63,165 bases of DNA from the NCBI GenBank assembly GCA_008632985.1, contig QPGO01000205.1:62001-125165 (forward strand), given 5' to 3'. The notes beneath the pieces are model-generated. The model ran no database searches. It was not told the origin of the DNA and saw only the letters and a program-made list of their open reading frames with translations. This DNA comes from Psammoneis japonica. Taxonomy: Eukaryota. The position numbers were made by a program, and so were the translations under genes. This document shows, piece after piece, positions 22,668 through 35,700 of the stretch. Every line of letters begins with the position of its first letter. Positions within the stretch are counted from its first letter, which is position 1.

Positions 22668-23064
22668 GACGGGTTCCAGTCCCAGGTGAGACTCCATGTG
22701 ACATTGGGCCTGCAGAATTCTACGTGCGAGCTCCACAGCAAATTTGTCAAGCAATGAAAACACAAATGATTGCCAACAGAAAAAGAGGCATTTTTGCGAA
22801 TGCATCTCCTCCTCCACACTTGCAGCACATCATTGACAGTTTGCCCGGGTGTGTTCTTCAGACATTGAAGAATGTGCCCAGAGCATTTTCATTCTTGTGA
22901 ATGTTGAAAATAGAAAGCCTTTGGCTTCGCAAAATGGGAAGCATGAAACAATTTCATAGAATGTCGCACAAAGAAATCTGCGTGCGCGACATGCCACACG
23001 ATCCAAAAAACTCTTGACGTCACAGTGCAGCAGTGCGAGGTCCCACCTGGAGCAGGAACACGTC
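22668..23064. mobile_element. 397-bp MITE, inverted relative to 9471-9867
   Basis: GAC...GTC termini; 4-bp TSD CATG at 22664-22667 and 23065-23068; same length. Confidence 0.88.
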
Positions 23065-23798
23065 CATGCAAGTCATGGAACGCCTTGGACGTACGGCAAG
23101 AATCTCCCTCACGAATCGTTTTGCGACGATGGTCTGAAACCACCCCAAAGATGATTCCACCCAAGAGAATTTCCTTGAAAGCACGTTCCCTTGTTTTGAT
23201 CACAGAAGTGTTGCAGTGACCTGCTGTCTTGCGATTGCAAGGAAACTGTGGATCAACGTCATTGGTTTTATGGTCGCCATCAATCACACCGGCAACCATG
23301 ACAACAGAATCCTGTGCGACNGAGTGATTTCTGAATCGCCAAGACAGCTTCATTGGCATCCTCCATTTTGTGGACGCTCTCTGGATGACAAGCGAAGAAA
23401 ATCTTCTCGAGGCAACACATGTGAAAGTCTGCTTCGGAGTGAATTGCGCACGAAACTTGAGAGTGAGAGCAACGTGAAGATGAGGTGTGATTCTACATGC
23501 AGGACATGATGGCATGCAACATGCATAAATTCTTCGTAGGTTCGTAGGAGCGCGCCATAATCATTTCTCACACACAATGTTTGTAAAAATCTACATGCTA
23601 GCAGACAAGTACATTTCCTGCTGGAATGTTCTTTGTCGGATTACCATTTCGCATGCATGTGATCCGTAGCTTCTACGTAGGGAAGAGCTTGGCATGTTCC
23701 CCACTGGATGTCACAGAGCGCTCAAGAAGCACGAAGCGCAACAGAAGACAACACAAAACCGCATCTTCTTTCACGACGATGCTAGCTGTCGATAAACC

Positions 23799-24362
23799 AT
23801 GTTGTTTGCCAAAGAGGTTTTACCTTCCTTTGACTCTTGGAAACGTGATTTTGCACGCTCAGAGCATGTGAGCAAGACAACGTCTTATCGTGCTGCGGTG
23901 ATTATTTCGCACGATGTCTTCCCAGACGACGATCCGTATGTTGAGAAGATTCGCTCCTTGGCAGAAAAAGATCGAAAGTTCTGTCAACGTCTACAGGACG
24001 ATGAGCATCTCCGTACCAAGTTCACCAACTGCCATGAAGATAGTCACGAGTCGCCGACAGAACGCGCTCTTCGAAATTTCATCTACGAATCCATGACGGA
24101 ACGAGTTGATCTCGCATTAAGTCAGAAGGTGCTTCTTGGCAAGTACTTTCACTTGCTCAGTGAGAATGACAAGGTCTCACTTCATGATCTGGTGAATATG
24201 GAAATCGGTTACATGCCTGCCTATTTGCGGCGCGCTATGAAGAACTACGAAAAGGTCAAGGACGTGATGGATCATGTATCTTCTTGGAAATACTTCACCA
24301 TGGACGAACACGAAGCAAAGCACCCGACCTACCCAACGACGCCTTACATGTTTGATGATTGA
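23799..24362 (+). CDS. Hypothetical protein (about 187 aa, start uncertain) in a TpA-retaining island
   Basis: Frame conserved with the paralog at 7630-8077 despite divergence and a 3-nt indel; retains Tyr codons. Confidence 0.5.
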   Translation: MLFAKEVLPSFDSWKRDFARSEHVSKTTSYRAAVIISHDVFPDDDPYVEKIRSLAEKDRKFCQRLQDDEHLRTKFTNCHEDSHESPTERALRNFIYESMTERVDLALSQKVLLGKYFHLLSENDKVSLHDLVNMEIGYMPAYLRRAMKNYEKVKDVMDHVSSWKYFTMDEHEAKHPTYPTTPYMFDD

Positions 24363-24989
24363 AGAACGCATGCCATGATTGCGTAGAATTTTCGATGTTG
24401 AGCCGAGCTACCCCCATTGTTCTGAATGAGATCGAGCTAGCGGATCGTTTTTTGCAGATGCTCTCTCGCACCTATGCTGATGCTGCGTAGAATGTAGGAT
24501 GGATAAAGCTCTAGATGTGTTGTGTATATGTATCTTTTCTCTTTCCGAGCAGCAAGTGCTAAATTGAGATTAGCATCGTGATCAAACAGACTACACACAG
24601 TTTCGTTCACAATGGCAGCAGCAGTCGCAATAGCAACAATAGCAGCAATAATCGCAATAGTAAAAATAGAAGTAGAAGTCTCAATAGTAACAAAAGCAGT
24701 AGTAGTCGCAACAGTAACAACCGTCGCAACGCAATGGACGACTCAGGAGATTTGAAAAAATGGTCGCACTCGGCCTGTCCTTCCATGCGTTCACAAAACT
24801 TGTGTAGGATTCTACGTACGTAACATTACGTGGGGCGACACTGAAATGGCAGTTGCACCAATCAGGCCTCATTCAGATTTCCGTGAGGCCAACGCAAACG
24901 GCACTTTCACGATGATGATGCGGCGGCGGCGTCTTCAGTGCGTTCCCGCAGCCATGCCACAGTGTGTGCTTCTAGATGTGACAACATGT

Positions 24990-26400
24990 TTGTTGGAAAG
25001 TTGAAAGAGATCTGTCTCATCATTGGTGGCGTCTCTGACGATGTTGTTTTCAACATGAGTTTGTGGACTGGGCTGTTGTGGCAGGGCTGATTGTGGTGGC
25101 ACTGGCGGCAGCAGGAGCCTTTCACTGCTTTTGCACTGGTGGTGGTTGGAGCCTGTGTGCTGCTGTCCTTTTTGTCTGGTGGCGGTTGGCACCCCTGTTT
25201 GACGCTGGTGCTCTGCTGGTGGTTGGAGCTTTTTTGCTGCTGGCCAGTGGTTGCAGCGGGAGCCTGTGTGCAACTGCCAGCACTGGTGGTGGTGGGATCC
25301 TGTGTGCTGCTGGCACTGGAGGTGGTTGGAGCCTTTTGCTGCAATCAAGGCATTTGGATCATTGCCATGTGGTGTCAGTGGGAACCCCTGCATGCTGCTG
25401 GGACTGGCGCCGGTGGCTGGAGCTTTTTTGCTGCTGGCCAGTGGTTGCAGTGGGAGCCTGTGTGTCGCTGCTGGCACTGGTGGTGGTGCGATCCTGTGGG
25501 GCCCTGTGCCGCTGGCACTGGAGGCAGTTGGAGCCTTTTGCTGCTAGAGCTGGCAGCAGCAGCAGCCTGTGTGCTGCTGCCACAGCACTGGTGGTGGTGT
25601 GAGCCCACATCCTGTGCATTTGCTGGCATTGGTGGGGGTTGGAGCCTGTGCACAACCATCTTTTTTATCTGGTGGTGGTTGGCACCCCCGTGTGACACTG
25701 GCACTGGTGGCAGTGGGAGGCTGCATCCTGCATGGCTGCTGACACTGGCAGCGGTTCAAGCCTGTGCACTGCTGCCCCTTTTTTCTGGTGGCAGTGGGTG
25801 CCCCTGCATGATGCTGGCACTGGCAGCAGTGGGAGGCTGCACAGTGGTGGCGGTGGGAGCCTGCACTGTTGGTGCTGGTGTCACAGGCAGTTGGATCCTT
25901 TTGCTGCCAGGGCCCCAGCCTGCGCTGTTGGCACTGGAGGCGATTGGATCATTTTTGTCCAGCGGCTGTGCAATGCTGACTGTTGAGGTGGTTGGATCCT
26001 TTTTGTCTGGCAGCGCCACCTGCCCCTGCATGCTGCAGGCACTCATGGTGGTTGTGGCGGTGGGAGCCTGTGCACAATCACCAGCACTGGCGGCGGTGGG
26101 AGCCTGTGTGCTGCTGACCAGTGCATTGAGGTGGTTGGATCCTTTTCATCTGGCAGCTCTGGTGGCAGTGGGAGCCTTTTTGTTTGCTTTCACAGATGGC
26201 CATGTGGTGGCGGGGTTGGAGCCTGGTCACTGCCAGCACTCGTGGTGGCGGGAGGCAGCCTTTGTGTCCCTGCTGATGGCGGGAGCCTTTTTGCTGCTGA
26301 CACCGGCAACAGCTGGAGTGTTTGTGTGGCGCCAGGTCTGGTGGTGGTGGGAGCCTTTTTGCTGCTGGCACTGGCAGTGGTTGGAGCCCATGCAACACAC
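24990..26400 (-). pseudogene. Degenerate tandem repeat encoding STQAPTTTSA-like mucin/Thr-Pro-rich units
   Basis: Recurrent GGTGGTTGGAGCCTGTGTGCTGCTGGCACT units; minus frames give TQAPTTTSA/KAPTT with frameshifts. Confidence 0.55.
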
Positions 26401-27034
26401 CAACCATCGGCGGTGGGATCTTGAGATGACTGGCGACGACTCGTGCTGGAGAGATTGCTTGGGGGTTTCAGCCCAGCGCAATTGTGTGTTTAAAAACCAG
26501 TGCTTTAGATTGTCAACATAGATCTCAATGATGGTGATCTCTTGTCTCTGTGTTCTTTTGATGATGTGGTGCAATGGTGTCTTCTTTTTAGCATTGCGGC
26601 CGATTCACCACACTGGCTGCTTGCACCACATCTGATTTTCACCTCGGATGCACGGTGATGGACAGACACAATGCAACCAATTTTTCCGAATCTCCATGGT
26701 CCACAGTCTCATTTGTTTGAGGAAATCGAATAGAGTGCCGGCAAGATTGTGAAACACTGTAGCATGCCAGCCATGCAGTGCTTGTGCACAGCGTTGCTTC
26801 GTCAACAAAAAAGCACGATGAACTCGGATGGCGGACGAACATTGAAAAAAATCGTTTAGTCGAGTTATTCCAGCTTCATGGTCACCCCCGCCATCACGTG
26901 CCGGTAGTGCGTGCTGCAGGAGTGGTAGAAGTTTCACGCAGCAGGGGACGGAAAGACGATCCACGACTAAGAGATGCTGCACCACACAATTCTGCAGTTA
27001 ATAAATTTGCTGATTACCGCCATGAGGATATCAC

Positions 27035-27195
27035 GACATCGTGGCCGAGCGGTCTAAGGCGCAACGTTAAGGGTCAGTCCGTCGTCCGTTTGCATTGTTA
27101 ATATCCGCTTGTGCCTTGCTCACATTAATGTTCTGTCTATCATTCATTCACAGCCGTTGTCTTCATTGGCGCAGGTTCGAATCCTGCCGATGTCA
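27035..27195 (+). tRNA. tRNA-Leu(AAG) with an 81-nt intron (27073-27153) at position 37/38
   Basis: Acceptor GACATCG/CGATGTC; D-arm GCCGAGCGGTCTAAGGC; anticodon stem CAACG/CGTTG; long variable region; T-arm GCAGG-TTCGAAT-CCTGC; discriminator A; T6 run downstream. Confidence 0.93.
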
Positions 27196-27196
27196 C

Positions 27197-27202
27197 TTTT
27201 TT
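27197..27202 (+). terminator. Pol III oligo-T terminator
   Basis: TTTTTT just after the tRNA 3' end. Confidence 0.7.
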
Positions 27203-27848
27203 CCACCCCTTCGCAAGTGTGTGGCACATGCGTGATGACATCGCATGCGTTGAGCAGATTTTTTTATAGTCCATGACAACATGTGCACATCCTCAAGAAA
27301 ACTCTGGGATCTCATGCCGCCCCCGGTGCCCTGATCGTGCAACACTGAGAATGCACTTTTGCATTTTTCAGCTGCTTCCACACTGCAAGAAAAGAACAAC
27401 GCATGTCACATCTGCTCCACTCTGGCGCCGTTGGCCCATGCCTTGTTGGGGACATCTCGGCCGTCATGTCACGATGTGTGCAAAGCGGCCATCAGCAAAT
27501 TCAGCAACTGCAACACTCTGGTGTGAAGGCTTGAACCCTGCTGATGATGCCCGCTGATCTTTTTCGCTGTTGACACGCCCTTCTTGCTGTCAGCACTGCT
27601 GGTGCCGACAACTCTGGAGGACAACTCTGGAACACTCCAGAAAACACAAACGCACAGACCAGCATCTTTTTGTGCATCATTTTTTTTGCCCCATTCACCT
27701 TGGCCACGAAGCTTGCTTTTTGTCAAAGCTCAAATGGTGGAGGGGAGTCTTTGTCACGGGTTGTTGAAAATTGTTGTCACATTTGGCACCCATGATGATG
27801 GCTCAATTGTTGCAACCTTGTGGCAGCACAAATCACACAAATGGAGGA

Positions 27849-27981
27849 GTGGCAATAGCTCATTTGATGGGAACATCACAATGGCAGCACAAAGCCCCCC
27901 TTGCTCTCTTGGCTCATGTCAGATTTTGGCCTGTTCCAGCTCCAAGTGACGAGCAAGGGCTCGATTCCCATCGCTGGCCCA
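27849..27981 (+). pseudogene. Possible degenerate tRNA-like sequence
   Basis: A-box-like TAGCTCATTTG, B-box-like GGGCTCGATTCCC and a following T5; cloverleaf not fully recoverable. Confidence 0.3.
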
Positions 27982-28010
27982 TTTTTGCATTTGGTGCAAT
28001 AAACTCCTTC

Positions 28011-28179
28011 TTACGGACTGGCGGCATTGGGACAATCTAACGGACATCTAGGACAGATGACAATTGTGTGCCAGATGAGAAAGAAAGTGAGCAAAGGAGA
28101 GATCATCGGATCTCTCCATGCTGTCCATGCCAGTCTGTCCGACACAAGGGAGTGCACTCCCCATCTCGGATGTCTGTCA
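28011..28179 (-). repeat. 3' LTR of Copia-A
   Basis: Direct repeat of 50085-50254. Confidence 0.93.
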
Positions 28180-28329
28180 CCCTCCCCTGATGAGCAATGC
28201 AATGCTCAACAAGAAAGAAAGAGACGATCCGAATAAAAAAAGAGGACCAGAACAGCAAAGAACAAAACAAACAAAACAGAGACACACCCAAGACTCAATC
28301 CACAACAAACCCGACAACAATCAATGGCA

Positions 28330-30363
28330 ATGTCCCATCAAACGGCAAGCATGGCGGGAATGAAGCATCCAACCCACAGCCTTGGTCAGTGCATCAGCAG
28401 GGTCAATGACACCCAGAATGTGTCAAGTGACAATCTTGCCTGCGTCGCGCCAGTCTTGGACAGCAAAATGTTGAATGTCAGTGTGGCAGGATCGCTCCGC
28501 AGGCACCTTGTTGTTGGTCATCTGGATGGCAGAGGAATTGTCAATGTGCAAGGGAGTGGGATCACGTTGAGGAAAGCCCAATTCTTCCAGAACCATGCAG
28601 AGGTGCAGGGTCTGTTTCGCAGCAGTGACAGCCGCAAGGAACTCAGCTTCCGCGGAACTGGCAGCGGCAATCGTTTGCGCACGGCATCGACAGCCAATTG
28701 CAGCACCAGCAAGGACATGCGCACATCCAGTGGTGGAGCGGCGATGCCACAGTTCATTGGCATGTGCCGCATCAATGAAATTGAAAAAAGTCATCAGCAC
28801 AAGGGAAGTCCGGGAGAGATGGGTCATCCTCAAGCCATTCGAAATCGCGAGGAGGCAGACCGGGATCGCGGTTGGACTTCTTGTGCATCAGTCCCCAGTG
28901 TTTGGTGTGCCGCAAACACTTGGCCACATGCTTGAGTGAATCACAATGAAGCTCAGCCGGGGCCTTGGAGAACTTGGACAAGGCAACAACAGGACAACCA
29001 ATGTCCAAACGACAACAGGAGCAGGCAAAGACCAACTCACCCAGAAGAGAACGGCAAGAGAAACCCCGGGACTCAGCGATGGCATCATGCTCAGGAGGAC
29101 CCTCTTCAGGGCCTTCAGTGGCACACAGATCAGGGATGCAATCAACCGGAGTGGGCGTGGCCTTGAAGTCAGAGTCAGATTCATTCACAGCGGGAGTGTC
29201 CCAACCATGGGTCTTGAAAACACGGTCAAGGCAGCTGGCAACGTTGACAGTGATTGGATCGTCATTTTGAACAACATCAATGCCATTGAATTCAGCAACC
29301 AAGCCCAAATGCTTGAAGGGGGGAGCATCCTCATTCTCCATCTGAAGAGCTTTGCCAACATGGTCGTAGATCTCTTTTGCAATCTTTTCGGAGGGACAAG
29401 CAAGAGCAAAATCATCGACCTGATGAAGGAGAAGGACCTTGACACCATCATGTTCACCAGAGTGGATGCACTTGTCATGAGCGGCATTGCGGAAAAGAAG
29501 TTTTGCACCCGCTAGAATCAAGTTGATGTGCTTTTCCCAAAGGACTCCAGCTTCGGGGTGACCTTGAAGAGCATGCTTGAGCGGAAGAACATGATGGCGG
29601 GGTGCTTTCTTGCCAAATCTCTTTTCATGCCAGGCAGCATGTGCGTCATCAACAGCAACGAAAACTGGCTGTGAATGACCAGGAGAATGAGCGCAGGCAT
29701 CCCGAGCATCACCGCCAAAGACACGATGCGACACAGCCGCACTGAGAGCAAAAAACATCTTTTCAACAGAGCGTTCCACACACGATGAACAGGTGGAAGT
29801 CAACTCATGCAAGGCCGGCATTGCCGACTTGGAACCATTGCCACATTGCCGAGAACAACGTTGTCCATCCGGCTTTGCTGCACAATCCCAATGCGGATGC
29901 ATGACGTTCGCGCCAGGGGGGCGTGGTTGCGGAGGACTGTGCATGCCAAGGACATGAAATTGATCCAATTGACGCTGCTCGCCTTCCTCCCGTTCAGGCC
30001 ATGTGTCAAGTTTACGAAGCTTGCCACGGGTGAGGCGGTCAAGAGCAGCTTCCTCCGGAGTGAGAGAGCATGAGCTGATCGCATTGAGGTGTGCACAGAA
30101 GACATCTGCAGGGACAGCCTCATTCGAAAAATCATCATTGGGACAGAGAAGGGCTGCAACAGATCACACATCTTCCAAAGCAAGTTTGGGAACATGGGAG
30201 TCGTCCTCCATGGAGTCAGGTTCAAATGACTCCACTTCCTCAAATGCCTTGTTGAGGGTGCGGGAATCCAATCATCATTCCAGTGCAAAAGCAATCTCAA
30301 AGGTCAGAATTTCATCATGAAAGACCTGAGACATGGCCTCTTCAGCATCCGACGGGGTAAAAA
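28330..30363 (-). pseudogene. Copia-A RT and RNase H fragments
   Basis: ALQGHPEAG, LHQVDDF, FIDAAHAN, SSAEAEF motifs. Confidence 0.88.
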
Positions 30364-30742
30364 CTTCATGTCAGCCTGCTCATCTGCACATCGCATGATG
30401 GGCAGACTGGATGCGGATGATGGCTGGACCATTCAGACAGACAAGCAGATCTCTCTGAGATCTGCTTCTCACTTTCTCATCTGCTGGCACTCGTGTCATC
30501 ACAGTCCTGGTGCTTTGGGGAGTCTTTCATGCCTCTGTCATTGTTGACCTTCGGCACTCTGTCAGGTCACGGCCATGCGCTGTGCCACAGACCTCTGCGC
30601 CAAGCTTTCCACTGCGATTCATTTGTTTTGTGAGCCGATCGAGCGAGCCTCATCGTCTGATCAGACAACTTTTTATCTCGTTTTCCCGGCATTTTTCACA
30701 GTTGTAGAAACACACCAGATTTCTGCGCGTGCATGACCAAAA

Positions 30743-32794
30743 ATGGCTCCACCCACTAAAACCATGGCGTCTTCCGACACCACAAAGCCCGCTCCATCGT
30801 CCATTGCAGAGATCCACTGCGAATTCGAGGCACATGCAACGATGCCACATCTGCACAATTGCCTGAACACGATTTGTGCGGACTCCATCACTGATCTGGA
30901 CCCGTTTTTTGATGATCCAGAGCATGCGCAACCCAAGAAAGATTTCGCGGACATGCTTCGTGATTGCTTCATCCACGAAGCATTTCCACCCTGCACCGCT
31001 GATCCTGCAGATGTGCAATCAATCAAGACGATTGTGGATCAAGCCCCGTTCCGCCTTGTTGACTCTCAAAGAATTCGTCCAGTCCATTTGACGACTCCGG
31101 TCTTGTCAAAGCTGATCAAGACGAATCTCCTGAACAATGAGCAATCTTTGATTGTTCTCATCTCCACCCAACACACATGTGTTGATCCGGACATGACATG
31201 GAACTATCGCAATTGGAACGAGTTCTCTCTTGCGCCCCACCAGAAGAAACAGCAGCCTCCGTCTTCTTCTCAGAAAACTGCAGGACCTGCTACTTTGACT
31301 GTGACTGACTTGGTCACTGCACTCAATGCATGCGCGTCGAGCCATGCTCCGCCTTCTGCAGCTTCTGCCAAGACATCTGGAAGTGCCACATCCTCCGCAA
31401 CATCGAAACACCTCTTCAATCCAAACACACTTCCTCCAGATGTTCGTGCATGCTACGACCGCAAAGAAGACGGAAAAGTCACTCTTCAGAGCTCTCTTGT
31501 CCCTTACGACCATGGATTCCGTCACTGTGTTGATGCATCCGATCGCATCATCCTCAATGATGGTGCCCTTTTCATCATGAGCTCGACTCCTGACCAGAAA
31601 ATGTTGTTCAGGGAACCTCCTGTGTGTCATGACGACTCTCCCCCTGGGATGCGAGCATGGTGCCAAAATTTCCAACGTCATGCCTTTGATTCAGGTTGCT
31701 GCACACATCCCCTGTGGTGTTTTGCTGAGGACCACGGTGGTGAGAAGGGTTTTGAGATCGGAAACGGCAAGGATGATGACTTGCCACAACGTGTGTACGT
31801 CCACTGCAAGGAAGCTCAGAGCTCTCTCCACAAAATCCTTTCCAAGTCGGACATGTTTCCCAAGAATGGCAAATGTCATCGGATTGTTGCATCATGCTGC
31901 AGCAATGGATGCAAGGCCCTCAAGCAGATTGTCTGCGAGAATCATCCTGCCTTTGATCACGATGCTGCTGGACTTGTTGATTCCCATCCTGTCCAAGGCA
32001 GTTGATCATTGACGGACTGCCACATGATCTTCAATGATTTCCCACAGCTGTGTGCCTGCATTTTTGATGCAGACTCTACGTTGAACGATCCACGGGAGAT
32101 GACTGTCTTTGTCAAGAATGCCAAGTGCTCCAAGTTCTCATCACGTGCTGCCAGAGATGAACGGAAGTCTCCAGCCATGCAGAAGAAGTGCACGGATGCA
32201 CAGATTGTCGAGACTCTCTCTGATTTCCTCCGCCAACCAGACAGTCCATCCCTTGCCACTCGTGTGACGCAATCCAACCCATGCCGCACATGGAATCGAG
32301 CAGATGCTGCTGCGCAATGCACACCCATCAATGTCAATTCTCTCCAGATCCCTGAGACACCCCTTCATGAACCAGTTGATGCCTCCACCACTGAAGATCC
32401 TGTCACAGAGTCTCCACCTCCAGATGCCTTTGACACTCTTTGTGACGAATTGCACGAACTCGAGATCCCATCTACGGACGAAGATCGCATTCTTCACCAT
32501 GCACATTTGGCTTCAGTCTACAAACTGAAAGTCACTCCGCATGAAGCCTCCAAGAAACCATGTCTTGTCTGCTCTGGAGAGCATTCATTTGATGACTGTC
32601 CGGTCCTGAAGAACAACCCGTGCATCAAGGGATTCCATGTCCGTTTTTGTCAATTCTTAAAACGGGAAGCAGCCATGCGTGCTTCTGAGTTCCAAGGACC
32701 CCAAGGGTTGCTCCTACCCCATCATGACAATCCTGAAAATCCGCCTCCGTCCAGTGCTCCACCCTCGGATTTTCAATCGGGCCGTCGCAGCTAG
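30743..32794 (+). pseudogene. Copia-B gag (one in-frame TGA)
   Basis: Two same-frame ORFs; CLVC..H....C zinc knuckle. Confidence 0.85.
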
Positions 32795-35700
32795 TTTCGG
32801 ATCTCCGACGCTGCCCGTCATCTCCTCACCGAGACAAGACTGATGTCAGCGGGATGACCTTGAAAGAGGGACTAACCGTCTCGTCATCTACCGCCAAAAC
32901 ACCTCTTTCCTCACAGATTGATGTGGATGCCACCCCTTCCACCTCCACGAAGATGCCATTTGATGCCAACACGTTGCCCGATGATGATCCTGCTCCTCAA
33001 GAAGCCACCGTCGATGCTGCTCATGCTCCGGATCCTTTGGAACAGGGGATGGAAGACCCAGAAACACCGGTTTTTGAGGAATGTGTTGATCTCACCTGCG
33101 ATGACATGGCTGTTGAAGACGGTTTTGCTGCCGTCAATTCTGTTCGTGTTGCTCCGATCGATCCATGCCAAGCAAGTCACTCACCTGAGCCGGAACTGCT
33201 GCGCTCCACTTGTTCTGTCAATGGGGCAAATTTTGCTCCGAATGAACGTTGTGCTCAGTTGGACACTGGTGCTGACATTGCGTGCACAGGCGACCGTGAC
33301 CTTCTCCATCGATGCCAAGACTTCACTCCGTCCCATCCCTGTCCCCTTGCCATCAATCCGGCCCTTGGCCACCAAGCTGTCCCAGTTGGATTCGGCTGTC
33401 TTTGCATCCCTGCAGAGAACTCTGACGGCCATGTTGTGTTCCGTGCATGCTGCCACCCACAGATCCAATCTACGTTGGTCGATGAGCAACTCCTCCTTCG
33501 TCAAAATGGTTCTCGTCGTGCAGATTGCAATGTTGACTGCATCCTCAAGTTCCATGATCTCGGCACCTGCAAGTTTGTTGCACGACATCGATTGCGCAAG
33601 AATCAGGACATCATTGTCCATGGGAAATTGATCAATGGCAAATGTTTTGCTCACCCTCTCATCCTCCCGGAATCCACCGATGAATTGGACGCATCTGTTG
33701 AGCGCCTCAAGACCAGTGACCCTTCCTTTGCCGATGAGTGTGAAGCAGTTTCTGTGTGCATGATTGAAACGTGTCGCACTCACCAACATGATGCTCTTTG
33801 TGCTGAACGCAAGTTGATCCCCCGTGTCTGTCAGGATGTCCCTTTTGAAAAGCATGCAGAGAAGAACATTCCTGTGCAATCTCTCAAGGCCGACACGGAA
33901 CGCCTTTTGTGGCATCAGCGACTTGGTCATCCGAGTGATCACTGCCTTCATCATGCCCATGAACATGTTGATGGCATCCCCAAATTTGCCCATGGAACTT
34001 CTCCCCTCGACACTTGTCCCACATGTGTACAAGCAAAGCAGACAAAGGAACCTGCCGGTCCGAACACTGCTCTTGCTGCCACCCAACCACACCAAGGCCT
34101 CACGGTTGATTTTTCTTTCTCTGGCCTGTGGTCCAAGAACTCGGAGCGCACTGAAGACTGTGTTGGGTTGAATGGCGAGACTTGTTGGATCACTGTCTAC
34201 GATCATAAAATGAAGCGTCTCCATGGTGCGACCCGGGTCTCCAAGGCAACCCCTCTGAATTGGCTTTGCCACTTTCTGGAAGAGCACTCGCCAAAATGTC
34301 CAGACAAACATGCACCCATGGATCAAGGAGGTGAATTGCATCAAAACCCAGAAGTTCAGCGACTCTTCGAGGATGACTTTCATCATGCAATTCGTCCTGC
34401 GGGAAAAGATGCTTCAAATCAGAGTGGCCCAGTGGAACGCAGTCATTTGACTGTTGCCAACACCATCCGGGCGATGCCAATCGGTGCCGATTTGCCCACA
34501 AAATTCTGGCCCTGTGCTTTTCACCATTTCACTCGAATCAACAATGCTGTGCCATCCCACGGACAACCTGCTGCTCTGATTGCTCTCGCCACTGGTCAGA
34601 AGGATGATTTCAAGAACTTTTGTACATTTGGTTGTCGAGTGTGGGTGCGTGCATCGAATCACCGCCCAGCAAAATTTCGGTCTGTCTCTCGCAAGGGAAA
34701 ATTCTTGGGCTGTCTTCCGGACACTGCCAAGAACATCCTTTGGCATGACACTGAGACATCGCGTGTCAAGCTTGCCAAGCACATCCGTTGTGATGAGGGC
34801 ATGAATGATCTACCCCACGACTCTCTTCCACCGAATGTGGTTCACTTGGAACGTGCTCAAGATGGCAAGGCTTTGCCTGCCAAGACTGAAGAATCCACGA
34901 TGGATGAGCTTCACTTTCATGGGAATCCTTTTGCCAAGACCATTGAGCGTGCGATGAAGGGACCATTTGCTGATCCGATGTTTGGACTTTCCTTGGCTAC
35001 GGACGATCTCTGTCGGCAAGCATTTGTCTCTGATGTCAAGCGTGGTTCTCCTGCTGCGCATCTTTTCTCTTCTTTGAAGGCCACCCGCAACAAGATCAAG
35101 GGTGCGCATGTCGCATCGATCGATGATCATCCTGTCTTCACGGCAGAGGAGGCTGTCAAACGTTTTCAACAAGTCCATGATTCAGGCAAGACTCACTTTG
35201 AAATCGATTTCGTGCCGGAACGTCGATTGGACTCCCAGGCTCTCCAACGTGCCCTGATGGAACATGGCATCCATGCACCGACTCCTGACCCTGATGATGA
35301 GCATGTCCCGGAAATTGCCACTGCTGACATGCGTGCCATTGCTGCCATCCGTCACCCTGACATTGTTTTTTCTGATGTGGACGATGATGACGTCCCTCCG
35401 CCGATTTTTGTCGACTACGACAATGGTGTGGTCAACATTTGCACTGTTTCTTCTCGTGCGATTGCTCCGGAGGAACAAGCGTCAGGTGCTTTCACTCGCC
35501 ATCATCTCAAGAAATTGGATGCCTGGCCCGAATGGCATGCAGGTGAATTCAAACAACTCGACCAATTTCATGAGTTGGGGATGTTTGGTGCACCAATTAA
35601 ACGTCCAAAGGATGCCACAGTTCTTCGTCCACATTGGCGGTGTGATCTCAAGCATGATGGTGCGCGACGATCTCAACAATGCTGCGATGGATCCCGATTC

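Noticed and set aside
25091..26521. 476-aa Trp/Cys-rich plus-strand ORF
   Set aside because: Antisense of a degenerate repeat, kept open by TAA/TAG depletion
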